DNA of 64,000 nt from a virus (Duplodnaviria; Heunggongvirae; Uroviricota; Caudoviricetes): IMG/VR virus record IMGVR_UViG_3300045988_156524. One strand, given 5' to 3'. The position numbers were made by a program, and so were the translations under genes. Positions 31,959 to 42,315 of this stretch are shown in pieces. The first letter of the stretch is position 1; every line of letters starts with the position of its first letter. The notes beneath the pieces are model-generated. The model was not told the DNA's origin and ran no database searches. It was given only the letters and a program-made list of their open reading frames with translations.

Positions 31959-33151
31959 TAATCATCATCCCCGTACAGTTTGCGGGTAACTTCTTCGTCT
32001 TCCTCCTCGTCTTCGTCCAGATCCTGTTCAAGCCATGCTTCGTTTGATATGCCTTCCGCATCGACATCACCATAACCACCTGTATCGACGATATCGGCAA
32101 TTTCTTCTCTACGATGCTCAATCCACAATGCGGCATCAGCGCGGCGGCTGGCGGCCCGTTCTCGCGCGATTTTATCCAGATCTTCAAGTGATGGAGCGCC
32201 AGATGCTGTTTGGTTTTCCTCATCATCGGTATTGGTCTTAGGAGCACGCAGATCGGCTTTGATTTGCTCCAGCATCAGGGGAGGCACTTTTCCTCCATGC
32301 GCCTCGATGAATTCAGCCGCTTCCAGCACTGACCAGTTATTTTCACGCTTTCGTTCGTATGCCAGCTTAACAATGCCAGCTTGCCCCATAGATAAAGCGT
32401 GCTTTTCCGCCTCCCGGCTTTCTTTTCGATAGTTATTCCGGATGCTGTAAATGGTGTTGATCAGGCTGCTTATCTGCGCGGAACAGCTGTTTAGCATGCT
32501 CGCGATACGGTATTCAGGCGGAGTACCTTCATCATCGTCTTTTTGCTGATCGCGCATTTCCTGCACCAGGCGAATACACGTATCCCTGGCGTTCTCCAGC
32601 ATAAGGAGATGAGAAAGAGACTTTTCCAGAAGAGTGGTTTCCAGAACATCGGCCCCGGACCGACGCAACATAGCGCGCGCGGCCTTCCGCGCTTCAACGT
32701 TATCTATCAGGTAATCGCCAGCTTCGAATTCAAAGCGTTCACCATCATCATCCAGGGTGTCGCGTTCCAGGCGATCACGTAAGGTACGGTGGGCGCGGGT
32801 GATCACGTCATGATCATCAGAACGATCATTTATGCGCTTATTTTGGCGCTTAGCGTTCTCGACTGCGGCACTGACAACGGCATTAACTCTTTGTTTTTCC
32901 GCTGTTTCAGCCGCAAGGTGATCACCTGCATGTTGATCATTAGAGTGATCAATGATCATGCTTTTTAGAGGCTTCCTGACTGGCTTATTTGGCTTGCGGC
33001 TGTCCGCTGTCCTGGTGTCTTCTTTGAAGGCACGGAGATAACGACGTGCGGTATTAGGGTTAAGATTAAACTCGGCGGCATACTGTGCGATGGTGTAACC
33101 ACCATCTCGCGCCAGGCGAGCAAAATTCTTCTTGTGATCGTCCCAGGTCAC
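31958..33151 (-). CDS. pacA: Terminase small subunit / pac-recognition protein PacA (397 aa)
   Basis: [28 protein letters not shown]...; contains the pac site; acidic C-terminus. Confidence 0.9.
32801..32959. other. pac packaging site: 3 + 4 TGATCA/G-type hexamers flanking a roughly 90-bp spacer
   Basis: GATC hexamers at 32801, 32812, 32824 and 32920, 32935, 32947, 32954. Confidence 0.85.
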
Positions 33152-33186
33152 TTATGCTTCCTTTCGTAAAAACTCTTTTTGACGCG

Positions 33187-33209
33187 AGGGTAACGAAAGT
33201 CACATGTCA
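33187..33209 (-). promoter_or_regulatory. Candidate late promoter for pacA-pacB (TGACATGTGACT box, weak -10)
   Basis: Motif family member with one mismatch. Confidence 0.3.
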
Positions 33210-33236
33210 AAAGGCCCGGAACGGGCAAGCAATCAA

Positions 33237-33689
33237 TCAGATACGTGCGGATGTGGCATTACCGTAATGACGGTGCTGACGGGCTACCTTATTGAAAAGT
33301 TGACGCGCCATTACCCAAGGCTGGTGTTCCCGGCGTTCCTTTTCGTCCTGCGTCATATAGAGTTCGTTCTGGAGTTTTTCATCAAACCGGCGCGGCGCGC
33401 GGCTGCGGCGAAAGAATTCAGGATTCAGAGAGTGGATCTGAAATCTACGTGGGCGTGTACTGTCATCAATCAAAACAGACGAATACTTAGACACAGCGAT
33501 AGCCTTTAAGCGCAGATAAACATCGCGCTTATCGACATCCAGATGCGGGTATTCCTTTTCAAGAATTGCTGCGAGTTCTTTCGCTGATAGAAGAGATTTA
33601 GTGCGGATCATGTAATCCGCAATCTCGTACGATGTTATTCGTGAGTGATTTATTTCCATGAAGTGGCGTCCCTGCCAGTTAAGTAACAT
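33237..33689 (-). CDS. lpa: Late promoter activator Lpa-like (150 aa)
   Basis: Size and position adjacent to pacA; operator-like site directly upstream. Confidence 0.6.
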   Translation of the reverse strand: MLLNWQGRHFMEINHSRITSYEIADYMIRTKSLLSAKELAAILEKEYPHLDVDKRDVYLRLKAIAVSKYSSVLIDDSTRPRRFQIHSLNPEFFRRSRAPRRFDEKLQNELYMTQDEKERREHQPWVMARQLFNKVARQHRHYGNATSARI

Positions 33690-33760
33690 CCTGTCACCTA
33701 CTGATTAGCCCATGTCAACTAATCAACGTGGAATATAATACCCTCGATTAAAGAAATAGC

Positions 33761-33777
33761 AATACATTAGAGCAATT
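33761..33777 (-). promoter_or_regulatory. C1 operator-like site upstream of lpa
   Basis: Reverse complement ATTGCTCTAATGTATT. Confidence 0.5.
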
Positions 33778-34821
33778 TTATCTAACGCTCGACGAGTGAC
33801 TTGTGATAGCGCCGACTCCAAGCGCGTAATCAAAGAACAATCGTTGATGCATCGCCAGCCTACCGTGCGTCTTCTCCCAATTATCGCGGTCACGCTCAAT
33901 ATCACGCTGGCATGACTGGCACAGAGGAATTGCGTAAATGTCATGCGCGCATAATCGACTATGACGAACGATATAAGGCGTAATGTGAGCGCCAGCTCCC
34001 GCCGCTCCACACCCACAGCATGGACGGGAAGCAACAAAGTCCATGTACTCAGGTAATTTTAGCGATTGCAGTTTTGGTATTTTGAAATGCGCCATGCCAG
34101 GGTCGGAGTCAACATCCACAGGGCATACTTTTGCACGCATCGGCGCGGCGCGTTCTTCCATCATCTGAACATATGCTGTAGCGCGATCGTCATACGGGCG
34201 AATATCCGCCTCTTTCAGAGGTCCGCTATCCTGCGTTGCGGCTTTCATCTTATTTATTGATATACGGCAAACTTCTTCCGGCATCAGGTGCATCATGTTG
34301 CGCATGAAAGCCCACCAGCACAGTTCCTGAATACTTAAATCATGGCCATCTGAAAGCCCCATTTCCTGACGGGCGACATCCAGTATCCAGTTAACGCGAT
34401 TATTATGCAGCGTTTCTTTCAGCTCATTAAAACCACGCATCCGGTAATGGTTATCGTGATGCCAGCACAACAACACCGCGCTATTGTCTCGTTCTGCGTG
34501 GACAATATGGTTGTCACACCAGCTACGATCTGCGGCCTGGCATTGCCCCTCTTTCCTGCGCAACCACGCCACCAGCGCGTCAATTCCACCAATACGGCGA
34601 AACAGTTCATCGCTGTTAAAAAACGGCTGCAACGCCTCATTTGTTGCCATAGTTTGCTCGGAAACAACGAGGCCGTCGTCCATGTGCTCGATTAACTCAC
34701 GCGGCACCGGCTCCATAATAAATTTACGGCCAGCCTCCACCAGCTTTCTGACTTCCTGATCCACTTTGAATGTGGCGACGCCAAGCTCTTTTTGTACAAA
34801 GGGAGTAATTACGGCTTTCAC
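33778..34821 (-). CDS. Hypothetical protein with Cys/His-rich C-terminus (347 aa)
   Basis: GTG start; C-terminal CCGCG...H...C..H...C..C cluster. Confidence 0.45.
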   Translation of the reverse strand: MKAVITPFVQKELGVATFKVDQEVRKLVEAGRKFIMEPVPRELIEHMDDGLVVSEQTMATNEALQPFFNSDELFRRIGGIDALVAWLRRKEGQCQAADRSWCDNHIVHAERDNSAVLLCWHHDNHYRMRGFNELKETLHNNRVNWILDVARQEMGLSDGHDLSIQELCWWAFMRNMMHLMPEEVCRISINKMKAATQDSGPLKEADIRPYDDRATAYVQMMEERAAPMRAKVCPVDVDSDPGMAHFKIPKLQSLKLPEYMDFVASRPCCGCGAAGAGAHITPYIVRHSRLCAHDIYAIPLCQSCQRDIERDRDNWEKTHGRLAMHQRLFFDYALGVGAITSHSSSVR

Positions 34822-34848
34822 ATCACACCTTTCATCACTGATTGGGCT

Positions 34849-35028
34849 TTATCTGCTGCCCGGCATTCTCTGTTTAAGCACAACCATTTCCTGACGGCAT
34901 AACACAGCAATAGCAGTCCTGGCTCCAATTTGCTTACCAACCAGGTATTGCTTTACCTCGCGGCGACTCACGCCATCAAGAAGCATCTTTAACGCTTCAC
35001 GGGACAATTTGTTGTATTTGCGTGCCAT
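34849..35028 (-). CDS. Small basic protein downstream of doc (59 aa from ATG 35028)
   Basis: ORF with GGAG RBS. Confidence 0.3.
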   Translation of the reverse strand: MARKYNKLSREALKMLLDGVSRREVKQYLVGKQIGARTAIAVLCRQEMVVLKQRMPGSR

Positions 35029-35032
35029 TAAT

Positions 35033-35413
35033 CTACTCCGCAGAACCATACAATCTACGCAACGTGTCGGCGACAGAAGATACAGATATCTCGCCAGTCG
35101 CAGCGCCTACAGTAAGGTCTGCCAGTTCAGGTGAATCAAATACCTGCACCCCGTTACGGCGTAGAAATAGCAGCGCGCTGTTTAGCGCGGTACGCTTATT
35201 GGCATCATTGAATATATGCCCTCTCGCTGTAGCCACCAGGTAGGTGGCGGAGACTTCGAAAAGGTCGGTGATCTCTTCGTAGGCAACTCTGGCCTGAACT
35301 CTCCCGATAATGGCCTCTGCCCTGCCCGGATCTGACATGCCAGGCAGGCCGCCGTAGCGGCTTATATTCGCATCATGAAGCGCAATAAGTTCTTCCGGTG
35401 ATATATGCCTCAT
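35033..35413 (-). CDS. doc: Doc toxin (126 aa)
   Basis: [39 protein letters not shown]... recognised; Fic-type fold. Confidence 0.92.
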
Positions 35414-35634
35414 TATCGGTTAACCAGTTCCTTGTTGGTGGAGTCCAGGGTGTCAAACAGGGATGCAAATTCAGCATCCAGCGCCGCTTTTTTGTAGGCT
35501 TCGAAAGTAGCCTTGCTGACAATTACTGCTGGCTCACGGCCTCTGCGGGTGATTTCAACCTCTTCCCCGGCTTCAACATTGTTGAGCACTTCAGAAAGGT
35601 TGCCGCGCGCGGTACGGAAGTTAATGGATTGCAT
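35413..35634 (-). CDS. phd: Phd antitoxin (73 aa)
   Basis: [40 protein letters not shown] recognised; stop overlaps doc start. Confidence 0.92.
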
Positions 35635-35706
35635 AAACACCTCGTGTACTCGTTATGTGTACACAATTATAAACCTCACAGGCATAAAGCACCAGCCCTT
35701 TGCAGC

Positions 35707-36096
35707 TTAAATAACCGGACAATCATCAAACTCCCCACTTCGGGCATCATTGATGACATGAGTGATCACACCAAAAACAGCATTACTGCCCGTGCATCCA
35801 TCGTCATCTACTGGTAACGCCTCTTTCTTCCCGGTGCTTAAATCCTCCAGGTGCTGGCGCGGATACTTCCTGTATCTCTTTATGCGATATTCACCCTCCA
35901 TAGCGCACACAAGCAGCGAACCATCAACTGGAGTAAGCGAAGAATCAACCACCAGCAAAGCACCCTGCAATATTCCCTCACGGTGATGGCTATCAGCTGC
36001 CCGCATGAAGTAGGTTGCTGATGGATGTCTAATTATCTGCTGATCAAGAGAAATTCGGCTTTCAACATAATCCGCCGCAGGAGAAGGGAAACCCAT
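35707..36096 (-). CDS. humD: UmuD-like protein HumD (129 aa)
   Basis: Peptidase S24 fold region (LLVVDSSLTPVDGSLLV, EGEYRIKRY); LexA box upstream. Confidence 0.8.
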   Translation of the reverse strand: MGFPSPAADYVESRISLDQQIIRHPSATYFMRAADSHHREGILQGALLVVDSSLTPVDGSLLVCAMEGEYRIKRYRKYPRQHLEDLSTGKKEALPVDDDGCTGSNAVFGVITHVINDARSGEFDDCPVI

Positions 36097-36114
36097 AGCG
36101 TTTTACCTCAAAAA

Positions 36115-36134
36115 TACTGTTTATCTGTACAGTA
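36115..36134. promoter_or_regulatory. LexA (SOS) box between humD and the divergent gene
   Basis: TACTGT-TTATCTGT-ACAGTA fits CTGT-N8-ACAG. Confidence 0.75.
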
Positions 36135-36270
36135 TACATTAAAGAAGCACCTTTGGTGCAAACGCGTTATGTACATCAACCACCGCTGATGATTTTTGTG
36201 CGCTTTGCTACTATTCATCACCGCGGGATCAGCGTAACCTCGTTGCCAATCAGTTAATAAGGAATTAGCT

Positions 36271-36855
36271 ATGCCTAATCGCATTCCTCTCGATCCTGTA
36301 TTGCCCAAAAATTTTGACTGCACTCCTAACGAGAAACGCTCTAAAGCTCAGCTGGACGCCTGGTGGGACCATCCATATGGGGTTACACAACCTGACGGGA
36401 AAATTGTAGTTTATTGTCTGAATGGTGGGGCGTGGGACCGTCCATCCGTGCTTTGTTTGGCAGATAACTATGATGAAGCCTGTGAACTTGCCGAAAGACA
36501 GCAGGCAAGCTGGGTAAAAACACGGTCTGAACCGACATTCATGTTTTCAAAAGAACCGCCATTTATACTGGCGAGGATGCCGCAGCGACCGGATCATCAA
36601 CAAGAAATTGTTGCTGAATTTTCCTCAAGGGATGAGATGAATCTCTTCTCATTAAAGCAGGAAGAAAGGGATCGCGTCGAAGTGTCTCCAACTCTCGACC
36701 ACAACCGGATGAACCTGGCCCAGCTCGCCTGGTACAGCAAAGAATTAGAGATGTCTATTTCCCGGCTTGAAAACGAAAAAGCCGCTATCCAAGTCCAGCA
36801 CGAAGTAGTTCTGAACCGGATTAGAGAAATGCAAAACGATAACAGGGGATTTTGA
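36271..36855 (+). CDS. Hypothetical protein divergent from humD, possibly LexA-regulated (194 aa)
   Basis: ATG with TAAGGAA RBS. Confidence 0.5.
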   Translation: MPNRIPLDPVLPKNFDCTPNEKRSKAQLDAWWDHPYGVTQPDGKIVVYCLNGGAWDRPSVLCLADNYDEACELAERQQASWVKTRSEPTFMFSKEPPFILARMPQRPDHQQEIVAEFSSRDEMNLFSLKQEERDRVEVSPTLDHNRMNLAQLAWYSKELEMSISRLENEKAAIQVQHEVVLNRIREMQNDNRGF

Positions 36856-37212
36856 ATGGCTAAAATCGAGTACCATCGCGATCGCGGTAATTACCTGGAA
36901 ATATACGATCATGAATCTCTTAACGATATCAACGATGCGTTATATGAATACTGTGAAAAAACGAGCATCACAGATGCACCTGATGCATTTGTCGAGCTGC
37001 CGGTATATCTCCGCGACATCTATGCAATACGAACACCGCCCGTATCGGTGATTCACATTGGCTATGTCCGCCTGTCCATCAAAGAAGATGAAGATCGTTA
37101 TATCGTGCGCCACTATACATTGGACAGAAAAGAACTTCCTAATGAATGGAACATGAGTAATTTCTACAACGGTGAATATGGCTTAAAATCCGCTAATAAT
37201 TTACGGTCATAA
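36856..37212 (+). CDS. Hypothetical protein (118 aa)
   Basis: ATG overlapping upstream stop; AGGGGA RBS. Confidence 0.45.
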   Translation: MAKIEYHRDRGNYLEIYDHESLNDINDALYEYCEKTSITDAPDAFVELPVYLRDIYAIRTPPVSVIHIGYVRLSIKEDEDRYIVRHYTLDRKELPNEWNMSNFYNGEYGLKSANNLRS

Positions 37213-38074
37213 TCTATACAGGCATGTATAACAACAATGAGCCTATTAGCTGTCAACAACGTTATTTTCTCAAATAAGAAAAAGCAGAAAACAAATTGTT
37301 TAAGGTCACAAATTGTGGCCTTGATGGAGGAGGGAGGCTTATTGGCTATGGCTAAAAATCAAATTAGACACTTCATGTTGCTGTAGCTCATCAAGATCCG
37401 AGGCCACAAAACCTTTTCCGAAAAACTTCACAAGTAACTCACTAGCCGCATCATTGTCACCTATTACACGAAAGTCATACGGCAACGTCGCAAGCTGACG
37501 ATGTAATCCTGCTGAGAAAGTCGAATCTAACAGCGCCCAGAATTCCCACCGCAGGATAATACTCGCCTCTTAATACTGTATATATGTTGTTACGATATGT
37601 TTTTCTGTCTCTAAAAAAAGATGTTAATAGAATGCTAACCATTGAAGGGGATAAAAATATACAATTCCAACAAACGTTATTTTTAACAATTTTTTTCTTT
37701 GCGTTGACTTTCCCGGACACCTTGTCTGACCGAAGGTGCGCGAAAGCCACTTTTTCCTTCCTGAGTTATCCACAAAGTTATGCACTTGCAAGAGGGCCAT
37801 TTTCTACATATTGTGGTGGCTAACAGATGAAATGAATGTAGATTAATTGAAGATAAGGAGAAAATTTGAGATGCAATCATGACGTTAATAGATAGGGTCT
37901 GCATTACAGACCCCACCTGCATCAAGGAATTAGCCGTTCCCTGATGTTTTTCCGAAAACATGTGCCGTAAGCTCACGTTAACGACTTTCATTCACCGAAT
38001 CCAACTATATAGGGGTTGGGTTTCTACGTCAACGTGAGCAAGTGCACCTTTACATTTGACAAGGAACCACCTGA

Positions 38075-38212
38075 ATGAACGCTTTTTTTCAGTTCCTGAG
38101 TGCATTTTTAGATGCGCCTATTATTAGCCAGATTCTGGCTATTATCCTCATCATCGTTTTGATTTTGCTTTTAAGGTCAGTAAAAAATGGAATTATGCAC
38201 TGGCTTACTTAA
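38075..38212 (+). CDS. Small hydrophobic peptide, 45 aa (MNAFFQFLSAFLDAPIISQILAIILIIVLILLLRSVKNGIMHWLT)
   Basis: ATG with AAGGAACC RBS; single TM helix; followed by a short hairpin; below the track size cut-off. Confidence 0.4.
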   Translation: MNAFFQFLSAFLDAPIISQILAIILIIVLILLLRSVKNGIMHWLT

Positions 38213-38287
38213 TGTTTCAGTGAAACATTAAAATCTCCTTGATGTGGAAACAATCATTTTCTGTATGTGCTGGTGGGCACCTGTAGT

Positions 38288-38650
38288 TCAGCTTTCGTTG
38301 ACATTTAACTTCGTCTTTGCTTTCTCCACCAGCAACTTCCAGATGCCTATTTCATTAGCAGCCGCCTTGATGGCGGCATAAAAAGCATCTTGCTGATCGT
38401 AACGCTGGATCTGTTTTTTCAGTTTTGCCTCCACCAATTTAATTTCATTACGTGCTTTCTGAAGCCGCATCACCGCCCGGTTACGTCTGTTCTTGTATAG
38501 CGTGTTAATCTCTGACAATTGTTTTAATTTACCAGCCTGACTGCGGATTATCGCCTCCCTGGCTTCTGCCGTGCGTCTCATCTGATCTCTTAAGAGTTCA
38601 CCGTTTTCGATAATTCTTTCAAGGTGTTTGATGTGATCTGCAACTCTCAT
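38288..38650 (-). CDS. Hypothetical coiled-coil protein (120 aa)
   Basis: ORF in tightly packed leftward operon. Confidence 0.45.
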   Translation of the reverse strand: MRVADHIKHLERIIENGELLRDQMRRTAEAREAIIRSQAGKLKQLSEINTLYKNRRNRAVMRLQKARNEIKLVEAKLKKQIQRYDQQDAFYAAIKAAANEIGIWKLLVEKAKTKLNVNES

Positions 38651-39321
38651 ACTTCACCCTCGCTTGTATCACCAGCGTCCACCAACGACAATAAAGCCCT
38701 GGCCATCTTATGAACCAACAGTGCATCAATAATGCCAAGCGTATGCCCCGGCTTAATGTTTAATGCCGCCTCAAGGTGACACCTTTCCAGGTCACTTTTC
38801 TCGGCTTGTTTATGATGATCTGGCGTAATAACGTCGCCCAAAACACGGCTAATTCTTTCTCGTAATTGCTGAGTGCCAGCACACTTGATCGCTGTATCGT
38901 GGAGACGGTTAACCAGTTCGCGATAAACATGCGGCTTAATGCGGATACGTTCACCGGTGACGCCCTTTCCTGGCGCTGGCACCGAACTATCCGGAATATC
39001 CGGATAGTTGCCAGCCTCGTAAGCTACCCGCAGCCAGTGCATGAATGTTTCAGTGGACACACAACCACAGTCCACATCGATTTTCCCGCGTTGCTGTTCC
39101 AGCCACTGCTCAAAATTCAATCTACACGTATTACTTTCATGTTGCTCTTTTTGTCTCAAGGCCAGCACCTGTTGGGCCAGTTCCAGAACGATACCGGGTG
39201 ACGCTAACCTCTCAAATTCCAATAAATAGTTTGCGTCAGGATGACAAGTAGCCTCGCCTGCAAAAAATACCAATTGCTGTAAGTATGCTGTCGTTAGAGT
39301 AGTCATTTCTTTTTGCGCCAT
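38647..39321 (-). CDS. Hypothetical protein (224 aa)
   Basis: ORF overlapping neighbours by 4 nt. Confidence 0.45.
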   Translation of the reverse strand: MAQKEMTTLTTAYLQQLVFFAGEATCHPDANYLLEFERLASPGIVLELAQQVLALRQKEQHESNTCRLNFEQWLEQQRGKIDVDCGCVSTETFMHWLRVAYEAGNYPDIPDSSVPAPGKGVTGERIRIKPHVYRELVNRLHDTAIKCAGTQQLRERISRVLGDVITPDHHKQAEKSDLERCHLEAALNIKPGHTLGIIDALLVHKMARALLSLVDAGDTSEGEV

Positions 39322-39677
39322 TTCTTTTCACATTCCTTAGTCCATTTTTCAATGTTCATTTTGGCAATATCAGTCATTCCATCACCTAAGAAATACTTTT
39401 TCCGGTACGTCTTGCACTTAAACCACACTACAACAGCCACCAGCCAGAAAATAAAAGGCCATACGGCAATACCAACTCCAGCCGCGATAAAGCCCAATAT
39501 CCATAAATGAAGCTCTCCAACTTCTGTTTCCGGCAATATTCTTAAAGAATTAAACAGCAGGCTGAACGAATGGTCGTATGCATTGGCAGTATAAGACATG
39601 CAATCCATATAATTAAAGTCATAGCCTGCGGCTGCCGCCCATAATGGGCGGTCAAGAAAATGTTTTAGTGTCATCAT
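39303..39677 (-). CDS. Hypothetical membrane protein (124 aa)
   Basis: Hydrophobic segment LWILGFIAAGVGIAVWPFIFWLVAVVVWF. Confidence 0.4.
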   Translation of the reverse strand: MMTLKHFLDRPLWAAAAGYDFNYMDCMSYTANAYDHSFSLLFNSLRILPETEVGELHLWILGFIAAGVGIAVWPFIFWLVAVVVWFKCKTYRKKYFLGDGMTDIAKMNIEKWTKECEKKWRKKK

Positions 39678-39683
39678 ATTAAT

Positions 39684-39977
39684 TTAAGGTTCAGACCAGT
39701 TATCTTCAATAGCAATGCTTAATCTTTGTAGCCATTCTGCTAATTTCAGCATTGCTTCTCTTTCGCTTAAACCACACGGAAAATCATCAAGCGATATTGT
39801 TGGCTTGAAGTTTCCCAAATTATCCATTTCAACGGTCAGATTTTGCTCCAGAACGGTATTTCTTACGCGGCTATTGTGCCGAAGCAAATATACTGAACGT
39901 GATTTATTGGTTTTGTGGTCGAACGTATATTCGGTAAGTATCATCTGACTTCCGCCATGATTATTACCGCGCCACAT
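39684..39977 (-). CDS. Hypothetical protein (97 aa)
   Basis: ORF in operon. Confidence 0.4.
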   Translation of the reverse strand: MWRGNNHGGSQMILTEYTFDHKTNKSRSVYLLRHNSRVRNTVLEQNLTVEMDNLGNFKPTISLDDFPCGLSEREAMLKLAEWLQRLSIAIEDNWSEP

Positions 39978-40000
39978 AATTACTCCGTGTTAATTGAAAT

Positions 40001-40303
40001 TTAGCTATTAATCTTCACTTTTATCGCGAACACCTTTACCGGTTTATCACCGAAGTGTGGATGTGTGATTGTTTTTATTTCATATCCGTTATACGGGACG
40101 TCAATTCTGCGACTGAAGTCTTCGCGCTTCGGATATCCCTTTGTGATAATCAGGCGGTAATACTTACGGTTAACGAGGCGCTTATTCCAGTAGTCATTAC
40201 ACAGGCGATACTCTTCCGTTTTCTCCCCGCGAATCATGGCATCGAAGTATTCACCTTTAACGGCAAGTTGCAGGTTAGCCATTACCTCACCTCCAGTCTC
40301 CAT
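40001..40303 (-). CDS. Hypothetical protein (100 aa)
   Basis: ORF in operon. Confidence 0.4.
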   Translation of the reverse strand: METGGEVMANLQLAVKGEYFDAMIRGEKTEEYRLCNDYWNKRLVNRKYYRLIITKGYPKREDFSRRIDVPYNGYEIKTITHPHFGDKPVKVFAIKVKINS

Positions 40304-40542
40304 ACCGCCTGACCAATCCGGCTGGCATGGGTATCTTTGGATACTGTTCCGTCTTTAGCCAGCTCCATAAGAATTTTGCGCAAATCTGCCGAACGCCATT
40401 CTTCATCAGGAAATTCCTTCTCCATTGCCAACCGCAGATTCCAGGTTGCCATCCTGAATGGATATTCCCCGCCGAGAGCTTTATCTTGCAGGGCAGCCCG
40501 GGAACGCATCACCTGCAAAACCTTCTCTTTTACATCCATCAT
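40282..40542 (-). CDS. Hypothetical protein (86 aa from ATG 40542)
   Basis: ATGA overlap with upstream stop; track ORF extended to an earlier alternative start. Confidence 0.4.
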   Translation of the reverse strand: MMDVKEKVLQVMRSRAALQDKALGGEYPFRMATWNLRLAMEKEFPDEEWRSADLRKILMELAKDGTVSKDTHASRIGQAVWRLEVR

Positions 40543-41078
40543 TTCGCCTCCTGCGGCGGTTCTGGTAGCGGCATCCAGAACAAGGCGTTCCCTAACCACG
40601 ATAAAGTGCCGTCGCTCAACTCCACGTATTCCCCTTGTACCTGTCCTGCCATATACTCGCCGTGCTTTGAATAAATTAAAATCCAATCATCTTGAGGGGG
40701 CATTCGCTCACTACAGCTTATCCAGCCATCCGGTGTTACCGGAGAGTTGCCATTTACATCGAAGTTTGGCTCTGCGTCCTGAACCAGGAGGATGTAACCA
40801 TTCTTGGCTGTATCAAGTTCTAACGCCTCGGTGACGGTGCCGAAATAGCGATTACCTAAATCAGCATCACAAGTGCTTACATCAATGGAAACTTCCATGC
40901 CTTCGATTAATTCTGGTAAGTTGTAAGTTTGGTTTACAGGCTCTGCTTCCAGCGATGCCAGAGCAATTCGTGCCAGTTCTTCCGCTTCTTCTGCTGGCAG
41001 TACAACGTTGCTACCCGGTCCGTATGTTTCGCGCCACTGCTTGATTGTCAGCAGTCGCTCTTTGGTAATAGTGATCAT
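40539..41078 (-). CDS. DUF551-like phage protein (179 aa)
   Basis: C-terminal DGWISCSERMPP...LFWMPLPEPP pattern; N-terminal module shared with 41953-42315. Confidence 0.45.
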   Translation of the reverse strand: MITITKERLLTIKQWRETYGPGSNVVLPAEEAEELARIALASLEAEPVNQTYNLPELIEGMEVSIDVSTCDADLGNRYFGTVTEALELDTAKNGYILLVQDAEPNFDVNGNSPVTPDGWISCSERMPPQDDWILIYSKHGEYMAGQVQGEYVELSDGTLSWLGNALFWMPLPEPPQEAK

Positions 41079-41590
41079 GCCGCGTTTCCTTCTTTCTTAT
41101 TAACAATTACACCGTCATATATTTCATTAAGGTGCCCTCTCAACTCCATGCGCCTTAATGCAGATAACATGTAATCGCATTCAACCTGCTTATTTCCAGT
41201 AAATGGCTTATCGTCAGGATTACCCCAACAGCAATTACCCTTGGGCCACCCATGTACTTTCCGTACTCTTCCGTTAACAACGTGAAGTAATCCCCAGCCA
41301 GGTGGTAAATCCTCAACTGAAATAATTCCCGGCTCACTAATAAAGAATCGCCAGTCGCCCATTCCAAGAGATGGATTTTTACGAAAACGCTTTTTTCTAT
41401 CTGCCAACAAGTCAGCACGAGAACACTTCGCCTCTATCAGGCATGATGCTGAATTTCTGAATCCCATAGCATCTGGCTGTTCTCCGGTACTGGTTACAGC
41501 TATAAAGCGGTCATGAAAACAAACCTTGAACCCGTTACGCTTAAGGAACTTATACGCAATCTGACAGAGTTCGCGGTGTGTTAACGCCAT
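41075..41590 (-). CDS. Putative PD-(D/E)xK-type nuclease-fold protein (171 aa from ATG 41590)
   Basis: D...LIEAKCSR motif; strong AAGGAGAG RBS. Confidence 0.4.
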   Translation of the reverse strand: MALTHRELCQIAYKFLKRNGFKVCFHDRFIAVTSTGEQPDAMGFRNSASCLIEAKCSRADLLADRKKRFRKNPSLGMGDWRFFISEPGIISVEDLPPGWGLLHVVNGRVRKVHGWPKGNCCWGNPDDKPFTGNKQVECDYMLSALRRMELRGHLNEIYDGVIVNKKEGNAA

Positions 41591-41952
41591 ATCACTCTCC
41601 TTTAGTGCGCAAGTGGTTTTTCCAGCGGTTTTGCGCCGCGCTGGGCTTTTTGCAAAAACCACAATCCATCATCCCGTAATATTTCATCAACCCCATCCGT
41701 CGGTTGCTGAGTCTCACCCACTGCCAGACGCCAGGAGCGTTTCTACGAACTAACAGAATCTTTGCTTTACGGTTTTTCATCGCTTTGCTCTCCTGCGTCT
41801 CTTTGCTGCTCGTCGTGCCGCTGCAATACCGGTATGGCGGCGCTTTGGTGCCGGGATGATGTTGTCAGCCATCAGGACATGTGGCTTTGCAATTAGCGCA
41901 GAAGCCCAAAAACGAGTCGGGTACGGTAACAAGCCGAAAAATGCCACACGCA

Positions 41953-42315
41953 TTACTCACCTCCCTTACCCTGAAGCATGGCAGCGCGGCAGGCGTTCCA
42001 GCCATCAACATAATCAAACGTATTGCTATCGTCTGGCTCGATTTCATCCGGCACTACCGGCTCTGGTTGGATAGTGACGTTGGCAAAGGCAGCACGCAAA
42101 CCGGCCTTAATTTCCTCTACTTCATCAGCGCCTAGCGATGAATCTGACAATGCGTGATGGAATGCGTAAGCCATGTCGTCGTTTACTGCAACCGGTTCGG
42201 CTTCCAGTGATGCCAGCGCAATTCGTGCCAGTTCCATTTGTTCGCCACGGGTAAGCCCGTTATCAAGCGGATTTTTAATGAATAATTCGATACGTTCTTT
42301 GGTAATAGTGGTCAT
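41953..42315 (-). CDS. Hypothetical protein sharing N-terminal module with the DUF551-like protein (120 aa)
   Basis: MTTITKERIELFIK...ELARIALASLEAEPV versus MITITKERLLTIKQ...ELARIALASLEAEPV. Confidence 0.45.
   Translation of the reverse strand: MTTITKERIELFIKNPLDNGLTRGEQMELARIALASLEAEPVAVNDDMAYAFHHALSDSSLGADEVEEIKAGLRAAFANVTIQPEPVVPDEIEPDDSNTFDYVDGWNACRAAMLQGKGGE

Noticed and set aside
36108-36323. 71-aa minus-strand ORF upstream of humD
   Set aside because: Covers the LexA box and the start of the divergent gene; no RBS.
41592-41780. 62-aa basic minus-strand ORF between the nuclease-like gene and the truncated paralog
   Set aside because: Plausible but no RBS or domain support; the surrounding 41780-41953 stretch may be a remnant of the paralog's lost C-terminus.
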